From assembly GCF_036588685.1 (NCBI RefSeq), contig NC_086379.1:62310001-62374000 (forward strand): a stretch of DNA of 64,000 nt, read 5' to 3'. The stretch is from Mytilus trossulus (Eukaryota). Below the pieces are notes generated by a model. It saw only the letters and a list, made by a program, of their open reading frames with translations, ran no database searches and was not told the origin of the DNA. Within the stretch, counting starts at the first letter, position 1. Every line of letters starts with the position of its first letter. Both the position numbers and the translations under genes were made by a program. Positions 12,199 to 25,740 of this stretch are shown here, piece by piece.

Positions 12199-13145
12199 AT
12201 TTCTTTTTCCTTATTAAATGAAGAACTTCGATCAAGCGAATGATAAAAAAGGCAAAACAATAGACAGCTTTCGAGCCAGTGAACCTATTGAATAAATCAA
12301 AATGTGACACTTACCTACTTAAAGTATTTGAAATAGAATTGTTGGTTGAAATAAGAACTGACATAAGGTTATATTAATAAACAAAACTAAGACTACAGGA
12401 CTAGGAGAAAGTAATCAGAGCGATCAAATATGGAACACAGGTTTGTGTCAAAAAGAATTGCCCGCATTAATTTAAAACAAATAAACCCCCATATAGTTAA
12501 ATATAAAACAACGTTCAAATGTACCAAATACAATTTGACCATTAATTGTCTCTAAAATTAGAAAAAAAACTTATATTTAGTCTTCAAAATGTAATTTATT
12601 ACAATATTTTTGTCAGTTCGAATTTTCAAGGTGAAACAGTTCCTAACCGCAGCTCCTCTTTTAATGTTAAGGTATGGTGAATAAAATGACAAGTAAGAAA
12701 AACGTTAAGGAAACAGCAATTCAAGAAAACACGAAAATAAAATGCAATCAGACGTAACCGTATTGTCCTAAACAAAATAAAAGTGTCTATTCTACCAATA
12801 GGAATTTCAACAGCAAACAAGGTTTCTGACTTTGAACAGGTGCACCAATTAGGCAATGACCGAAAAATAATATGAACACAATAACACATTTAAACAACTA
12901 ATTTTATTTGTGGCAAAAAGGACATTTTTGTAGTTTCCGGAATGTGCACGATATCTGAAAATTGTAACACATTAGATATTTCACCATTCAATATAATATG
13001 CTAGTATACTTAAAGACGTCATTGTGATTTGATGACGACTTCTGATAAAATGAACACAAAGAAGAAAACATATGGTAGAAATCAACATTGCGCTTGAATA
13101 AAATTGTTTTCAGGGAAAGAAGGCCAACAATCAAGTAGCTAGTCA

Positions 13146-14552
13146 TTATTCTGTTGTAACACCGGTTGTTCCCAATAAGAGGGGTAAAATGTAATAGCCT
13201 GAGATTATAAGTGTTCCAGACATGAAAATAAGGAACAATGTTTTATCAACAGTTCTCCCGACAACGGTCCATGTTATCCCGTATCGACATTCCTCTTCCT
13301 CTTCATCGTCGTCGGATACTTCATCGACATATTCCATTGGTTGCACCATCGACTCATCATCGGTCACGACAGAAGCGCCACTGGACAAATCGCGTTTGAC
13401 CTCCGTAATATCGTTCCCCGTCATTTCTTTGGTCAATGTCTGTTTACTTTCAGAACGTTTTCTGCGTTTAGGAGGCATGAACTTTGATTTCCGACACAAG
13501 CGACATGTCAAAAACCCAAATATGTAAACTAAAATCCATGGCACTGGGGTATTGTCCTCTTCCTTTGCATAAATTCTTAGCGACAAAATTGTCACGAAAG
13601 TTGTTAAACTGCTGATGGATAGCATTATCACAAGATAATATACCATATTAGACATAGGTTTGGATGTTTCGGGGAGACTTTGCGATACGATTGTCAAATA
13701 AACGGCAAATGTAAGAAATATATTCGTTGCAAATCCCATTCTTTCTCCTGCTGTCGGTGGAAGTACAAATGATAAAGAGTTAAGCACACCCAGAAGTACA
13801 ACCGGAATGATCATGTTTATCATGAAATAAATGGGTCGTCTTTTCACAGTAATAGATAGTGAGAGGATGGATCGATTTGATAGACTTGTTGTGTTTATTG
13901 TCGACGACAACAGCTCCCATTCCTGATTTTCAACGAATTGATCTGTACGAGCATATGTTGTCGTCGGTAGGAACTCGACCTCGTGACTCTGATATCCCCA
14001 CGGTGTGAACATTATTTCGCACGTCTGTTCGTCAAACGGAAAGTCAGTGGTATCTACCGTGCAGCCAGTTTTGGTAACAATACCAATATTTAAGTCTACT
14101 TGACCATTAGTTAGAGTCAACGTTGCATCATACCCACCTTTTATGAGTGGTGTTAGACTGGACACTGAATTAAACACGGTGACCGGTGGTAGCCATATAT
14201 CATCTGACTGAAGATCAATCTCCATCAGAAGATGAGTTTTAGGAAGATAATTAAGAACTATATACTCGTCCAACCATCTTACTTTCATTTTCATAATCAA
14301 TAATAATGTTCCCGCCACTTCGTCAAACTCCGGAAGTTGTATCAAGCTGAACTGCAAGTCCACATACAATGTTTCATTATTCCAAAGCATAGGAATCACA
14401 TTTTTGTCGTAAGATTTTAAAAATAAAGCACTCATCAACTTTCTCACGTGTGAAGCAGTTGGTATTGTTTGTGAAGAACAGTTATTACAATCTAACTGGA
14501 TGGAACTTTGTATCAGTGTTAGTAATAGTAGGCAGATCGGTAAAGCAGCCAT
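13146..14552 (-). CDS. Cys-loop ligand-gated ion channel subunit 3 (nAChR-like, non-alpha), single coding exon, 468 aa
   Basis: Signal peptide; WLPPVTVFN; CTVDTTDFPFDEQTC; PWGY; M2 TAGERMGFATNIFL; WTVVGRTVD. Confidence 0.96.
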   Translation of the reverse strand: MAALPICLLLLTLIQSSIQLDCNNCSSQTIPTASHVRKLMSALFLKSYDKNVIPMLWNNETLYVDLQFSLIQLPEFDEVAGTLLLIMKMKVRWLDEYIVLNYLPKTHLLMEIDLQSDDIWLPPVTVFNSVSSLTPLIKGGYDATLTLTNGQVDLNIGIVTKTGCTVDTTDFPFDEQTCEIMFTPWGYQSHEVEFLPTTTYARTDQFVENQEWELLSSTINTTSLSNRSILSLSITVKRRPIYFMINMIIPVVLLGVLNSLSFVLPPTAGERMGFATNIFLTFAVYLTIVSQSLPETSKPMSNMVYYLVIMLSISSLTTFVTILSLRIYAKEEDNTPVPWILVYIFGFLTCRLCRKSKFMPPKRRKRSESKQTLTKEMTGNDITEVKRDLSSGASVVTDDESMVQPMEYVDEVSDDDEEEEECRYGITWTVVGRTVDKTLFLIFMSGTLIISGYYILPLLLGTTGVTTE

Positions 14553-15136
14553 GTTGTTTTTGTTTTAGTCTAAACTGAATTAACTGTACTTATAGAATGA
14601 TATGTATTTAACATACAATATTTTGATAGAAATCACACTTCATTCAAATAGAACCATTTATTAAATGTCAATATAACATTAACTCCTTGAAGTTTAATTA
14701 AGATTCAACTGAAAAGATTGTGATAAAAGTCCGTTTAAAGGAATAGATGCGTAAAATAATGAAATCACGATCGTGTCCTTTTGCATTACCCAGTCTTATA
14801 CATTAAAAGGTGAAATGGTTCAACATTGAAGATAATTAATTAATCTTTTAAATCTTGATCTTAATAATGAGATAAGTAGCCATTTTAAAGATGAAAAAAA
14901 TGTACCTGAAATTTTCTCTGCTGCGTAAAATCTACACTCGGTTGTCCATACAGTTACCAAATGGGCATTTAGTTTTGTTTCATGGGTATGAGCCCGAAAA
15001 CTAGAAATTAAGCTAACGTAGCATAATCAGTCAGTTCGGAGTAAACTGAAAATAAGCGAGATCAATGACATTTTAATGTGTATAATGAAACTATATATGA
15101 GTATATCGGAGCAACATTCTGAGTAGGGTAGTTACT

Positions 15137-15239
15137 GTATATCTTCGGGTCTATTCAGGTCCACTTTGAGTTTCAGGTCTTTAGTGTAACCTTTGCACTA
15201 ATAACCTGAAAGTGAACCTGAATAGACCTAAAGATATAC
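15137..15239. repeat. ~100-bp inverted repeat (hairpin or MITE remnant)
   Basis: GTATATCTTCGGGTCTATTCAGGTCCACTTT versus AAAGTGAACCTGAATAGACCTAAAGATATAC, 28/31 complementary. Confidence 0.75.
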
Positions 15240-15314
15240 GACTCAAATGGATTTTCTTTAAGTTAGAATTTGATTAAATGTGAAGATCCATAAATGTTTA
15301 AAATATTTTAAAAT

Positions 15315-15830
15315 ATAAGAAAAAAACCAACTACCGAACTCCGAGGAGAATTCAAAATGGCAATTGCCTAAGCAAATGGCAAAAGCTCAAACACATCAAA
15401 CGAATGAATAACAACTGTCATATACCTGACTTGGTACAGGCATTTTCTAATATAGAAAATGATTGATTAAATCTTGTGTTATAGCTAGCTTAACTTCTCA
15501 CTTGTAGTACAGTCGCATAAAATTCCATTTTATTGATAACGATGTATGAACAAAACAGACGAACATAAGGTAAACATGTAAAAAATAGGAATGCAGCAGC
15601 CAACATTGTGTTATCATCTTAATCACTACAAAAACAAGCAAATATGTTTACAAAAACAAATAAAATAGCATATACAAAGAAAATTAGCAAAAACAACAGA
15701 CAACAATAAACAAAATAACCATATCACAACACATCGACGGGATGTACAAGTACCAAGCCACGTCAAATAGATACTGCTAAAAAAGGCTAAAAAGTAAAAG
15801 TAATAATTCTCTTAGACAAATAGGAGAATA
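15315..15830 (+). repeat. Interspersed repeat, family D (second copy at about 39760-40025)
   Basis: CAAATGGCAAAA...ATAACAACTGTCATATACCTGACTTGGTACAGGCATTTTC shared with 39810-39900. Confidence 0.65.
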
Positions 15831-15992
15831 CACTTTAAATATCGCTAATCCCGGCTGACCCGGCCGCTTGAACTTTTGACGCACACAACCTTCACTTTTT
15901 CATTGTGACTTCAGATATTTTGTTTTATGACGTCAAAATTTTACGGGGACCTGTGTGATATCCAGCAATGGCGGACTAATAGCGATCAGGTG
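15831..15992. mobile_element. Short MITE (CAC...GTG ends, TA target duplication) nested in a repeat
   Basis: TA|CACTTTAAATATCGCTA ... TAGCGATCAGGTG|TA; imperfect short TIRs. Confidence 0.6.
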
Positions 15993-17411
15993 TATACGAT
16001 AACACATCATGAAGATGTTCATGATGTACAGCGTCAGTACCTACCATCAATACTTAAAGACCATCGTGTATTATTTGTGAAACTGATACGGAATTCTTAT
16101 CAATGAGGTCTTGATATCTTATGATGAACATTATTTTAGAAAAAGGACAAGACGTCCTGGTTCATCACCTTTCTGCTCAGACGATGGAAACGTTTTACAA
16201 AAACCGAATAGCAGATATACTGAATTACTTAGAAAATGTATACCCCATGGGCAGGTGAAGTTGGTATAATGCTTCTAAGGTAAGGAAATTGATAATTTCA
16301 AATTTAAATTGTCTCGTTTGTTATAGATTCTGGTACTGAGATGACCGCTACGTCAAATTAGAGGCATACGTCTAAGTATGATGCAGAGGAAGTCGTGTCG
16401 TATTATCTTTAATTTCTAGTTCTGGATATATTAATGGAACCCATAAAAATAACATCATCAATGTAAAATTAAATGATCTGGTTTCTTCGATTTGTTTGTT
16501 TTTGGTAAGTGTCTGCAGGAAGTTCGAATCATATGATAATAGGAAGAGGTTGGCAAGAGGAGGTGTTCAGTTCGTTTCCATTGGATTGCCGACAATTTGT
16601 TAATTAAGTGTACCTGCAAATTTTTCAAAGATGTTGTTTAGAAGAATTCCAGTATATATAAACTGATCACTTGCACCTCTGTATAGTAGGTTTTACCTTT
16701 TTGTTCACTGTTACCAAGATATGCCGTTTGGCATCCCAAAGCAATAAATTCATGGCGTATGCTATCATTTTTATAATGAAAAGCATTGTGAATAAATTTT
16801 TTTAAACAATTTTTTAGACGAGTTTGAACCTCTTTTCTTGCATTTTTTTTGACAGATGGTGGATTATCTTGAAACAATATTAAAAAGAGGAGTAGGTTGC
16901 TTTGAAATTTGCAGTCTATAACATACAACAAAGAAAACTGAAGATTTGGTCCAAAACCTGGTGTTAACCCAAAATGTTCCGGAACGGGGTAATCAGTTTC
17001 TGCTCCCCTAGTGGCGTCTGTCATGATGCTCATGAAAAGGAAAATTCCAAGATATATATTAAAGTGAAATATGGGATGTCAAAATCGATGAAGAAACGGG
17101 ACACGACAAGTGGATTCAATACATGGTTTACTGTGACATAGATATTTCATAATTGTCACACAAAAGAACGATGTATCCGTAAAATAATGTAATGTAGAGG
17201 ATAAGTGAGAGAAGCTCAACCAATAATGGCATTATAGATTGTAAAATATACACTAGATAGATGTACAAATTAGTCATCTTATCATTGCAGTTTTCGTAAA
17301 AATACTTCCGTCTTATTCAACTAATTTCTTTCTTGAGGAATTATGTTTGTAATCATGGGAATTGAGGAGATTGTTCTGTTACCTCTTGGTGTGACCTCTT
17401 GATATTTATCA

Positions 17412-17583
17412 GATACCCCCAGTTTTTGGTAGGTTTTGTGTTGCTTATTCTTTAGTTTTATATGTTGTGTCGTGTGTGCTTTTGTTTGTCTGTTTGTCTT
17501 TTTCATTTTTTTGCCTTGGCGTTGTCAGTTAGTTTTCGATTTGTGAGTTTGACTGTCCCTTTGGTATCTTTCGTCCCTCTTTT
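17412..17583 (+). repeat. Solo fragment of the Penelope-like 3' module
   Basis: CCCCCAGTTTTTGG...GAGTTTGACTGTCCCTTTGGTATCTTTCGTCCCTCTTTT matches the reverse complement of 5665-5835. Confidence 0.8.
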
Positions 17584-17892
17584 ATGTGATGTAAGATTAC
17601 GTTTTCCTTAATTGTGATCTAATAATTCTTTCTTTTTAATTCTAAACTTAACATTTGCAAACATTGTACGAACTCAACACTACTTATGTTAATGATTTTA
17701 ATCAATTGTTTTTAAGTTACTGTACATACATTTTCGTTGCCAATTTCATTAAGAAAATAAGCGAATCCCTTTTGATCATTTCATTTCAAGTTTCAATACA
17801 AAAATAAGATGATGTGGTATGATTTACAATTAGACAACACTCCACCAAATGATATAGAAGTTATCAACTATAGACACAGTATAAGATTGTTA

Positions 17893-19296
17893 TCAAGTAT
17901 TCATTTGTTCCAGAAGTGGAACTAAGAATACAACGCATACAATGGCGTTTAGTCCTATGAAAACCAAGAAGAAAAGCATGTCTAGAGTAGAAGCGACGAG
18001 TTTCCAATCTACTCCCCATTTACGATTATGTTCTTCGTCCGAATCAGTCGTTACTATACTCCTGGTGTCAATTTTCCCTCTCTTTTGTAATTCAAAATTG
18101 ACAGGGTATTCTGGATCCTCAAACTCATCCTCGCTACAAATTCTACAGTTTAAGCAGCCTACTAAATTGGATAGCCAGTTTGGAACTATTTTTTTCTCGT
18201 CTTTATGGAAAATTCTCAGCGTGAAGATAGTCACAAAAGCAGTTCCAGCACTAATGGCTACCATGCACATTAGAAAATAGCACAACGTAGACATAGGATC
18301 GGAAGTTTTCGGTAAGTTATCAGAAATCATTGTAAGATACACAGCAAAGGTTAGGAAAGCGGTTACAGAATAACCAATTCGTTCACCAGAATTCCCTGGC
18401 AACAAAAATACAAGAGTACTAATCACAGCTAGTATCAAAATAGGAGTAACAAGATTTACTACAAAATACAAAGGACGTCGCGTAAATTTTAATTTTACAA
18501 GGATAAAAGATGAACCATCAATTTCTTCGACCTCGATAGCCGTACTGTCCAAAGTCCACTCCATGTTATCTTGATAGTCTGTTATATTTACTTCCGGTTC
18601 CAAAGCATTGAACTTGACCTCTGTACTTGGATGTCCAAAGGATATAAACCTCACTACGCACTCTTGTGAGTCGAAAGGGAAATGGGTGACGTCGATAAAG
18701 CAGGCGGACTTTGAATTTATACCTGGTTTCCACGTTACTAATGGTACCTCTTTGATAAGAGTTTTTGTAATAGTTCCTTCATTACTGTCATTTTTAATAC
18801 ATGTCGTATAGCCCATCTGAACTCGAACGTGATATGTAGAATCTGCGATCGGTATAATAGCTTTCACCGAGTTAAATACAGAAACAGGTGGTTTCCAAAC
18901 ATAGTTCTCTGGAATGAGAAATTTGGTAAGACTGCCGTGATCAACCTCATCAAATGAATCATCGAGAAGTTCGTCATGCCACAGAAGAGTAAGAAATCCT
19001 ACGATCTCTAAAGTTCCAGCGACTTCATTGAAATCTATTACTTGTAAAAGATCGAATGACATATTTACCTGAACAACAGACAAATCTGCTCTCGGTGGAA
19101 CCAGCGTGTTGTAGGAAGCTCTACTTCCGGTGAATGTTGTAGACAAAAAACTTTCAAACTGTGTTTTAGAAACTAAATTCGCATTAGGAGTACACTCTTC
19201 TGTGCAATTAAATTGCTCTTTACACGGCACCGCATGAACATGTTGATGTCGCAAGAAGCAGAAAGTTAAAACAAATATTTTCATTAAAATCTCCAT
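17893..19296 (-). CDS. Cys-loop ligand-gated ion channel subunit 4 (nAChR-like, non-alpha), single coding exon, 467 aa
   Basis: Signal peptide; Cys-rich N-terminal extension; WKPPVSVFN; CFIDVTHFPFDSQEC; M2 NSGERIGYSVTAFL; WKLVASTLD. Confidence 0.96.
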   Translation of the reverse strand: MEILMKIFVLTFCFLRHQHVHAVPCKEQFNCTEECTPNANLVSKTQFESFLSTTFTGSRASYNTLVPPRADLSVVQVNMSFDLLQVIDFNEVAGTLEIVGFLTLLWHDELLDDSFDEVDHGSLTKFLIPENYVWKPPVSVFNSVKAIIPIADSTYHVRVQMGYTTCIKNDSNEGTITKTLIKEVPLVTWKPGINSKSACFIDVTHFPFDSQECVVRFISFGHPSTEVKFNALEPEVNITDYQDNMEWTLDSTAIEVEEIDGSSFILVKLKFTRRPLYFVVNLVTPILILAVISTLVFLLPGNSGERIGYSVTAFLTFAVYLTMISDNLPKTSDPMSTLCYFLMCMVAISAGTAFVTIFTLRIFHKDEKKIVPNWLSNLVGCLNCRICSEDEFEDPEYPVNFELQKRGKIDTRSIVTTDSDEEHNRKWGVDWKLVASTLDMLFFLVFIGLNAIVCVVFLVPLLEQMNT

Positions 19297-19643
19297 GATG
19301 TTTGAACAGTTCCGTCTATTTGATATGATTTAAGAACAAATCGTTCTATGTGACAAGATTTGGCATCAAATTAAGAATATGCGATTAAATCAAAGTTTAA
19401 ATAGTTCAAAAGACAAAAGATCGACACCGTTACAGACTGATACTTTATATTTAATTAATTAGACAAATTCTAATGTGGTACATATGATAAAGAACTCAAA
19501 CAAGACACAACTAAGTTTACAAAAATGTTTGTCACGATTTGATAACTCGTTCGTTCGATATCAGTTGTTTTTAAAGGAGAAATGTTATCGCGATACATAA
19601 CAGGGTTAAATCAAGATAACGGAAAATAAATCGACAGAACATA

Positions 19644-19981
19644 GGCGCTTAAGGAAAGGATCCTGTTATGAGACTCCATAGTTCCTCAACCTCATTATCA
19701 TAAATATGGTATACAAATAAGTGATATTTAAAGATTATCGTTGATATCGCTATTTTACCTATGATGACGTGTCAATTTCGTGTCAATTTTAATGACAACG
19801 CTACGTGCCTCCTTAGTTTTTAGCGATAATTTTCCATCTCAAGCGAGTAGCATGATATGAAAAATAATCACAAGAAAAGATCAAAGGAAAAATGCACAGA
19901 ATAGCGATAAATTGACAACTCGAGGATTTATGATACTTATGGACTATGGAGGTTCAAAACAGTATCTTGTCCTCAAGCACC
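19644..19981. mobile_element. MITE with ~40-bp imperfect TIRs, TA-flanked
   Basis: TA|GGCGCTTAAGGAAAGGATCCTGTTATGAGACTCCATAGT versus ACTATGGAGGTTCAAAACAGTATCTTGTCCTCAAGCACC|TA. Confidence 0.72.
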
Positions 19982-22846
19982 TATAGACAAAACAATAACA
20001 TATGCAACTATTACAGTCATAATAACGTTCGATAACTCTGCATGTTACTGGTTCAATTAGGATTATGTAAAATTTACTGGTTACCTGATGAATGATTTAA
20101 AGAATATTGAAAAATATATTTATTTCACCTCGGTTTATATCCATACGAGGTCTTCTTTTATAAATATGAAAATAATATCGCAATGAAAGGCATTGATAAT
20201 CAGACAACACTAACCTGCATAGGTATTGTCAAAACTTACATCTACATAGATATTGTCAAAACTTATATCGTGATTAGGTGCCATGTTTGTTTTCTTTAAT
20301 CACGTTGATGTTATGACTTAATTAATAACACTTAATCTAGCTATGTCCAAGGCTATTATTATAGTGATAATAACGTGTCATATCTAATTGTAATATAAAC
20401 AGTGACATCAAATTGAATTATGTGCATGGACAAAACAAGTGTTGAACATCCTCCACGTTTTAAAATTATTTGGTCGCCATTTTTCAAAATTTTATGAAAA
20501 TAACAACAGCATGTTTAAGCTTAACAAATGGAACCAATATTCTGTTAGATGCTGCTTTAAGGTAAGACAAAGATGACTGAAAACGTGAGCATCCATCAGT
20601 TATTTGATTTTTTTTATTGAAAAATCTTACTAATTATATTTTTACCATGTCGCCCCACGCTGTCAATGTGGTCGCCATCTTGAAAAATAATACCAGATTT
20701 TCTGAAAATAGTCTATTTTCAAATCAATTTGGAAGGGACATAATAGAAAATTAAACTATTCCATATACGATATTTCAAATATTTATGAATATAAGAATAA
20801 GCATATAGACCCACAATTATTCCATCTGTTTTGTTTGAATCGCAATTTAAGTTTAAACACGACAGAAAATCCAATATTTATCGTAGTTGTATGATTTAAC
20901 AGTGTGAACTATCGAGGCAACGTAAGACAAATTTTCAAAAGCATTTGGAAGGGAGAAGATCAAAATTTAAACTTTTCCAAAAGGAATATTTATATTTCTA
21001 AATATATGAGGAATTACTATATAGACCCATAATTTTAGTATCATGAACTTAAAGTAATGTATTTCATCGATTTCAGAAAGCCCCTATGCATTTCTATACA
21101 TTTCACTTTGGCTTGGTACGGGTGATGCGTGACGTCACAACAGTCACGTGATGACTGCTATAGTTGGATATGAAAAAAAATCGAATAGTCATGGAAAATT
21201 AGATTTTGATAGACACTTAATACATCAAGATACCGCATAAGTTAATCGAGATTAAGAATCAATGAATGGTAGTTCGTTTTGACGGACATACACAAGTCAG
21301 AAATGTGTCCCTCTATAGGTATCCTGCAGTGATAAAAGTGAGAATGATCACAAGTAAATGTATACATAAGAGTGATATTAAATGTAAGTTTACTGTCATA
21401 CGTTTTTTTAAATCTGTTCTTTTAAAAGTGTATCACTAATTAGTAAATATTCAAATTGGAAAACGCACTTTGATGGACAGACAAAAAAATTGTGGATTGT
21501 GAAATATTCCGGGCTAAAGATTGTGAATTATTCCGGGCTAAAGATTCAAACGATATCGATGAAAATTAACGTCCTGATTTTTGGTAACCAGTTGCTATAA
21601 GATCACCCCTTTTGGTGGATTTGTTACATTATTAATTATCAGAAAAGGGGTTTCAGATTTTATTTGGTCATAACTTCAATCAAGTCCTTGTTCTACATCG
21701 AACGTCTAGACACTACATGATTTATCTCATGTTTATGTGAACGATTACAAACAAAACGGTTGATTCAATGTACTAGTGTGTGTGATACATTATTTTTCAG
21801 TTATTCCAGTCATGATTGTTTCTTCACTTCACGTTGGATAAGTCTATTAATCATCAGCACATGTGAGCAATATGAGCAAAACAATTTGTAAAAAGATTAT
21901 TGATGATATGGCATCGTACAGCTTTATTGAAAACATAATGATGTGTTGGCTATGCCCGTCAAACTAAAGCATTGTGGTAACTTACTTTCAGAAAAATCAA
22001 ACTATTATATATAGATTGACTGTGTTATGGAAATTTGAATAATACTATAAAGCTGAAAGACGTCAATCATTTGTCCTCGAAAAATGTAAAAATGAGTTAC
22101 TTAATAATGCTACAAAATCGTTATGTTTTGTATTTGAAAAGATATGATTGTTTGTGTTTGTTTTAAGGTACGTCGTTTGTCTTATCGACGTAAGTACTAC
22201 TGATTTATTTATTCATAATGGTCCACGGAAATTGGATTACACAAATCATCCTTAAGTTTTTCTATCATATACCCTATGTAACTGGTTTATTCATGAGAAA
22301 ACATGTCTTCATTATACAACCGAGGAGGTAAAGTTATTGTTAGAATTTCAACTGTGTAGTCTATTAGTTACAATTTAGGCGACTGTTTTACTTTACTTTT
22401 TCATGTTTTCCAACTAAGGTCCTGTGATTATTTTGTAAACAGTTGTAAGGTAACGAATGCAAAACAATATATGACGTTTAAAGATTTATATACACGACTA
22501 TTTCATTGAATACCCATATAAAGGCAACAACAGTATACCTGATACAGATTGTGAGAAAACAAATCCGGGTTGCAAACTAAAACCGAGTGAAACACAGAAA
22601 CTTTGAGAGGAAAACAACAAAACAACACAACAATACATATAGAGGTGCAACATTAAACTAACGACAATGTAACATACATAGAAACGAAGAGTTCCGACAG
22701 AAATAGGTATATAATTGTTGTAGATTCCAATTAATGTCAAATATCACTACTTATTTCGAGACGACACAGGGATCGCCTAAATTGAAATATAGTCTCTTTA
22801 GTTTGCAATTGAAGACATCTATAAATGTTCCATCAATGAGTTTTAA

Positions 22847-25740
22847 AGGAGTAACATGACGGCTGGTGTCACTTATAGAACAGGAACTGTTGACCCTCCG
22901 GTGAAGGAGTAACATGACGGCTGATGTCACTAATGGAACAGGAACTATTGACCCTCCAGTGAAGGAGTAACATGACGGCTAGTGTCACTCATGGAATAGG
23001 AACTGTTGACCCTCCGGTGAAGGAGTAATATGACGGCTGGTGTCACTTATAGAACAGGAACTGTTCACCCTCCGGTAAAGGAGTAACATGACGGCTGGTG
23101 TCACTTAAAGACCAGGAATTGTTGACCCTCCGGTGAAGGAGTAACATGACGACTGGTTTCACTAATGGAACAGGAACTGTTGAACCTCCGGTAAAGGAGT
23201 TACATGACGGCTGGCGTCACTTAAAGACCAGGAACTGTTGGCCCTCCGGTGAAGGAGTAACATGACGGCTGGCGTCACTTAAAGACCAGGAACTGTTGAC
23301 CCTCCGGTGAAGGAGTAACATGACGACCGGTGTCACTTATGGAACAGGAACTGTTGACCCTCCGGTGAAGGAGTAACATGACGGCTGGTGTCACTAATAG
23401 AACAGGAACTGTTGAACCTCCGGTGAAGGAGTAACATGACGGCTGGTGTCACTTATGGAACAGGAACTGTTGAACCTCCGGTGAAGGAGTAACATGACGG
23501 CTGTCGTCACTAATGGAACAGGAACTGTCGAACCTCCGGTGAAGGAGTAACATGACGGCTGGCGTCACTAATGGAAAAGGAACTGTTGACCCTCCGGTGA
23601 AGGAGTAACATGACGGCTGCTGTCACTTATGGAACAGGAACTGTTGAACCTCCGGTGAAGGAGTAACATGACGGCTGGCGTCACTAATGGAACAGGAACT
23701 GTTGACCCTCCGGTGAAGGAGTAACATGAAGGCTGGTGTCACTTATGGAACAGGAACTGTTGACCCTCCGGTGAAGGAGTAACATGACGGCTGATGTCAC
23801 TAATGGAACAGGAACTATTGACCCTCTTGTGAAGGAGTAACATGACGGCTGCTGTCACTTATGGAACAGGAACTGTTGACCCTCCGGTGAAGGAGTAACA
23901 TGACGGCTGCTGTCACTTATGGAACAGGAACTGTTGACCCTCCGGTGAAGGAGTTACATGACGGCAGGTGTCACAAATGGAACATGAACTGTTGACCCTC
24001 CGGTGAAGGAGTTACATGACGGCTGGTGTCACTTATGGAACAGGAACTGTTGACCCTCCGGTGAAGGAGTAACATAACGGCTGGTGTCACTAATGGAACA
24101 TGAACTGTTGACCCTCCGGTGAAGGAGTTACATGACGGCTGGTGTCACTTATGGAACAGGAACTGTTCACCCTCCGGTGAAGGAGTAACATGACGGCTGC
24201 TGTCACTTATGGAACAGGAACTGTTCACCTCCGGTGAACGAGTAACATGGCGGCTGCTGTCACTTATGGAACAGGAACTGTTCACCTCCGGTGAAGGAGT
24301 AACATGACGGCTGCTGTCACTAATGGAACATGAACTGTTGACCCTCCGGTGAAGGAGTTACATGACGGCTGGTGTCACTTATGGAACATGAACTGTTGAC
24401 CCTCCGGTGAAGGAGTAACATGACGGCTGCTGTCACTAATGGAACATGAACTGTTGACCCTCCGGTGAAGGAGTTACATGACGGCTGGTGTCACTTATGG
24501 AACAGGAACTGTTGAACCTCCGGTGAAGGAGTAACATGACGGCTGCTGTCACTTATGGAACAGGAACTGTTGAACCTCCGGTGAAGGAGTAACATGACGG
24601 CTGGCGTCACTAATGGAACAGGAACTGTTGACCCTCCGGTGAAGGAGTAACATGAAGGCTGGTGTCACTTATGGAACAGGAACTGTTGACCCTCCGGTGA
24701 AGGAGTAACATGACGGCTGATGTCACTAATGGAACAGGAACTATTGACCCTCTTGTGAAGGAGTAACATGACGGCTGCTGTCACTTATGGAACAGGAACT
24801 GTTGACCCTCCGGTGAAGGAGTAACATGACGGCTGCTGTCACTTATGGAACAGGAACTGTTGACCCTCCGGTGAAGGAGTTACATGACGGCAGGTGTCAC
24901 AAATGGAACATGAACTGTTGACCCTCCGGTGAAGGAGTTACATGACGGCTGGTGTCACTTATGGAACAGGAACTGTTGACCCTCCGGTGAAGGAGTAACA
25001 TAACGGCTGGTGTCACTAATGGAACATGAACTGTTGACCCTCCGGTGAAGGAGTTACATGACGGCTGGTGTCACTTATGGAACAGGAACTGTTCACCCTC
25101 CGGTGAAGGAGTAACATGACGGCTGCTGTCACTTATGGAACAGGAACTGTTCACCTCCGGTGAACGAGTAACATGGCGGCTGCTGTCACTTATGGAACAG
25201 GAACTGTTCACCTCCGGTGAAGGAGTAACATGACGGCTGCTGTCACTAATGGAACATGAACTGTTGACCCTCCGGTGAAGGAGTTACATGACGGCTGGTG
25301 TCACTTATGGAACATGAACTGTTGACCCTCCGGTGAAGGAGTAACATGACGGCTGCTGTCACTAATGGAACATGAACTGTTGACCCTCCGGTGAAGGAGT
25401 TACATGACGGCTGGTGTCACTTATGGAACAGGAACTGTTGAACCTCCGGTGAAGGAGTAACATGACGGCTGCTGTCACTTATGGAACAGGAACTGTTCAC
25501 CTCCGGTGAAGGAGTAACATAACGGCTGCTGTCACTTATGGAACAGGAACTGTTGACCCTCCGGTGAAGGACTTACCTGACGGCTGGTGTCACTTATGGA
25601 ACAGGAACTGTTGACCCTCCGGTGAAGGAGTAACATGACGGCTGCTTTTACTAATGGCACATGAAATGTTGACCCTCCGGTGAAGGAGTAACATGACGGC
25701 TGCTGTCACGTACGGAACAGGAACTGTTCACCTCCGGTGA
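22847..25740 (+). repeat. Satellite array, 58-bp unit GAGTAACATGACGGCTGGTGTCACTTATGGAACAGGAACTGTTGACCCTCCGGTGAAG, about 50 copies
   Basis: Head-to-tail copies with period 58 and no spacers; internal 926-bp (16-unit) duplication; unit resembles part of the Penelope-like 3' module. Confidence 0.97.

Noticed and set aside
12310-12317. Perfect donor consensus AGGTAAGT (minus strand) upstream of subunit 2 as a 5' UTR intron
   Set aside because: Only a weak acceptor before the ATG and no other support without transcript data.
22847-25740. CRISPR-like array
   Set aside because: Units are contiguous with no unique spacers, the context is eukaryotic and there are no cas genes.
22847-25740. SECIS element in the unit (ATGA...AA...GA), considered because some Naiad elements encode selenoproteins
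   Set aside because: Spacing and helix II pairing do not fit the SECIS quartet geometry by eye; a SECIS search would settle it.
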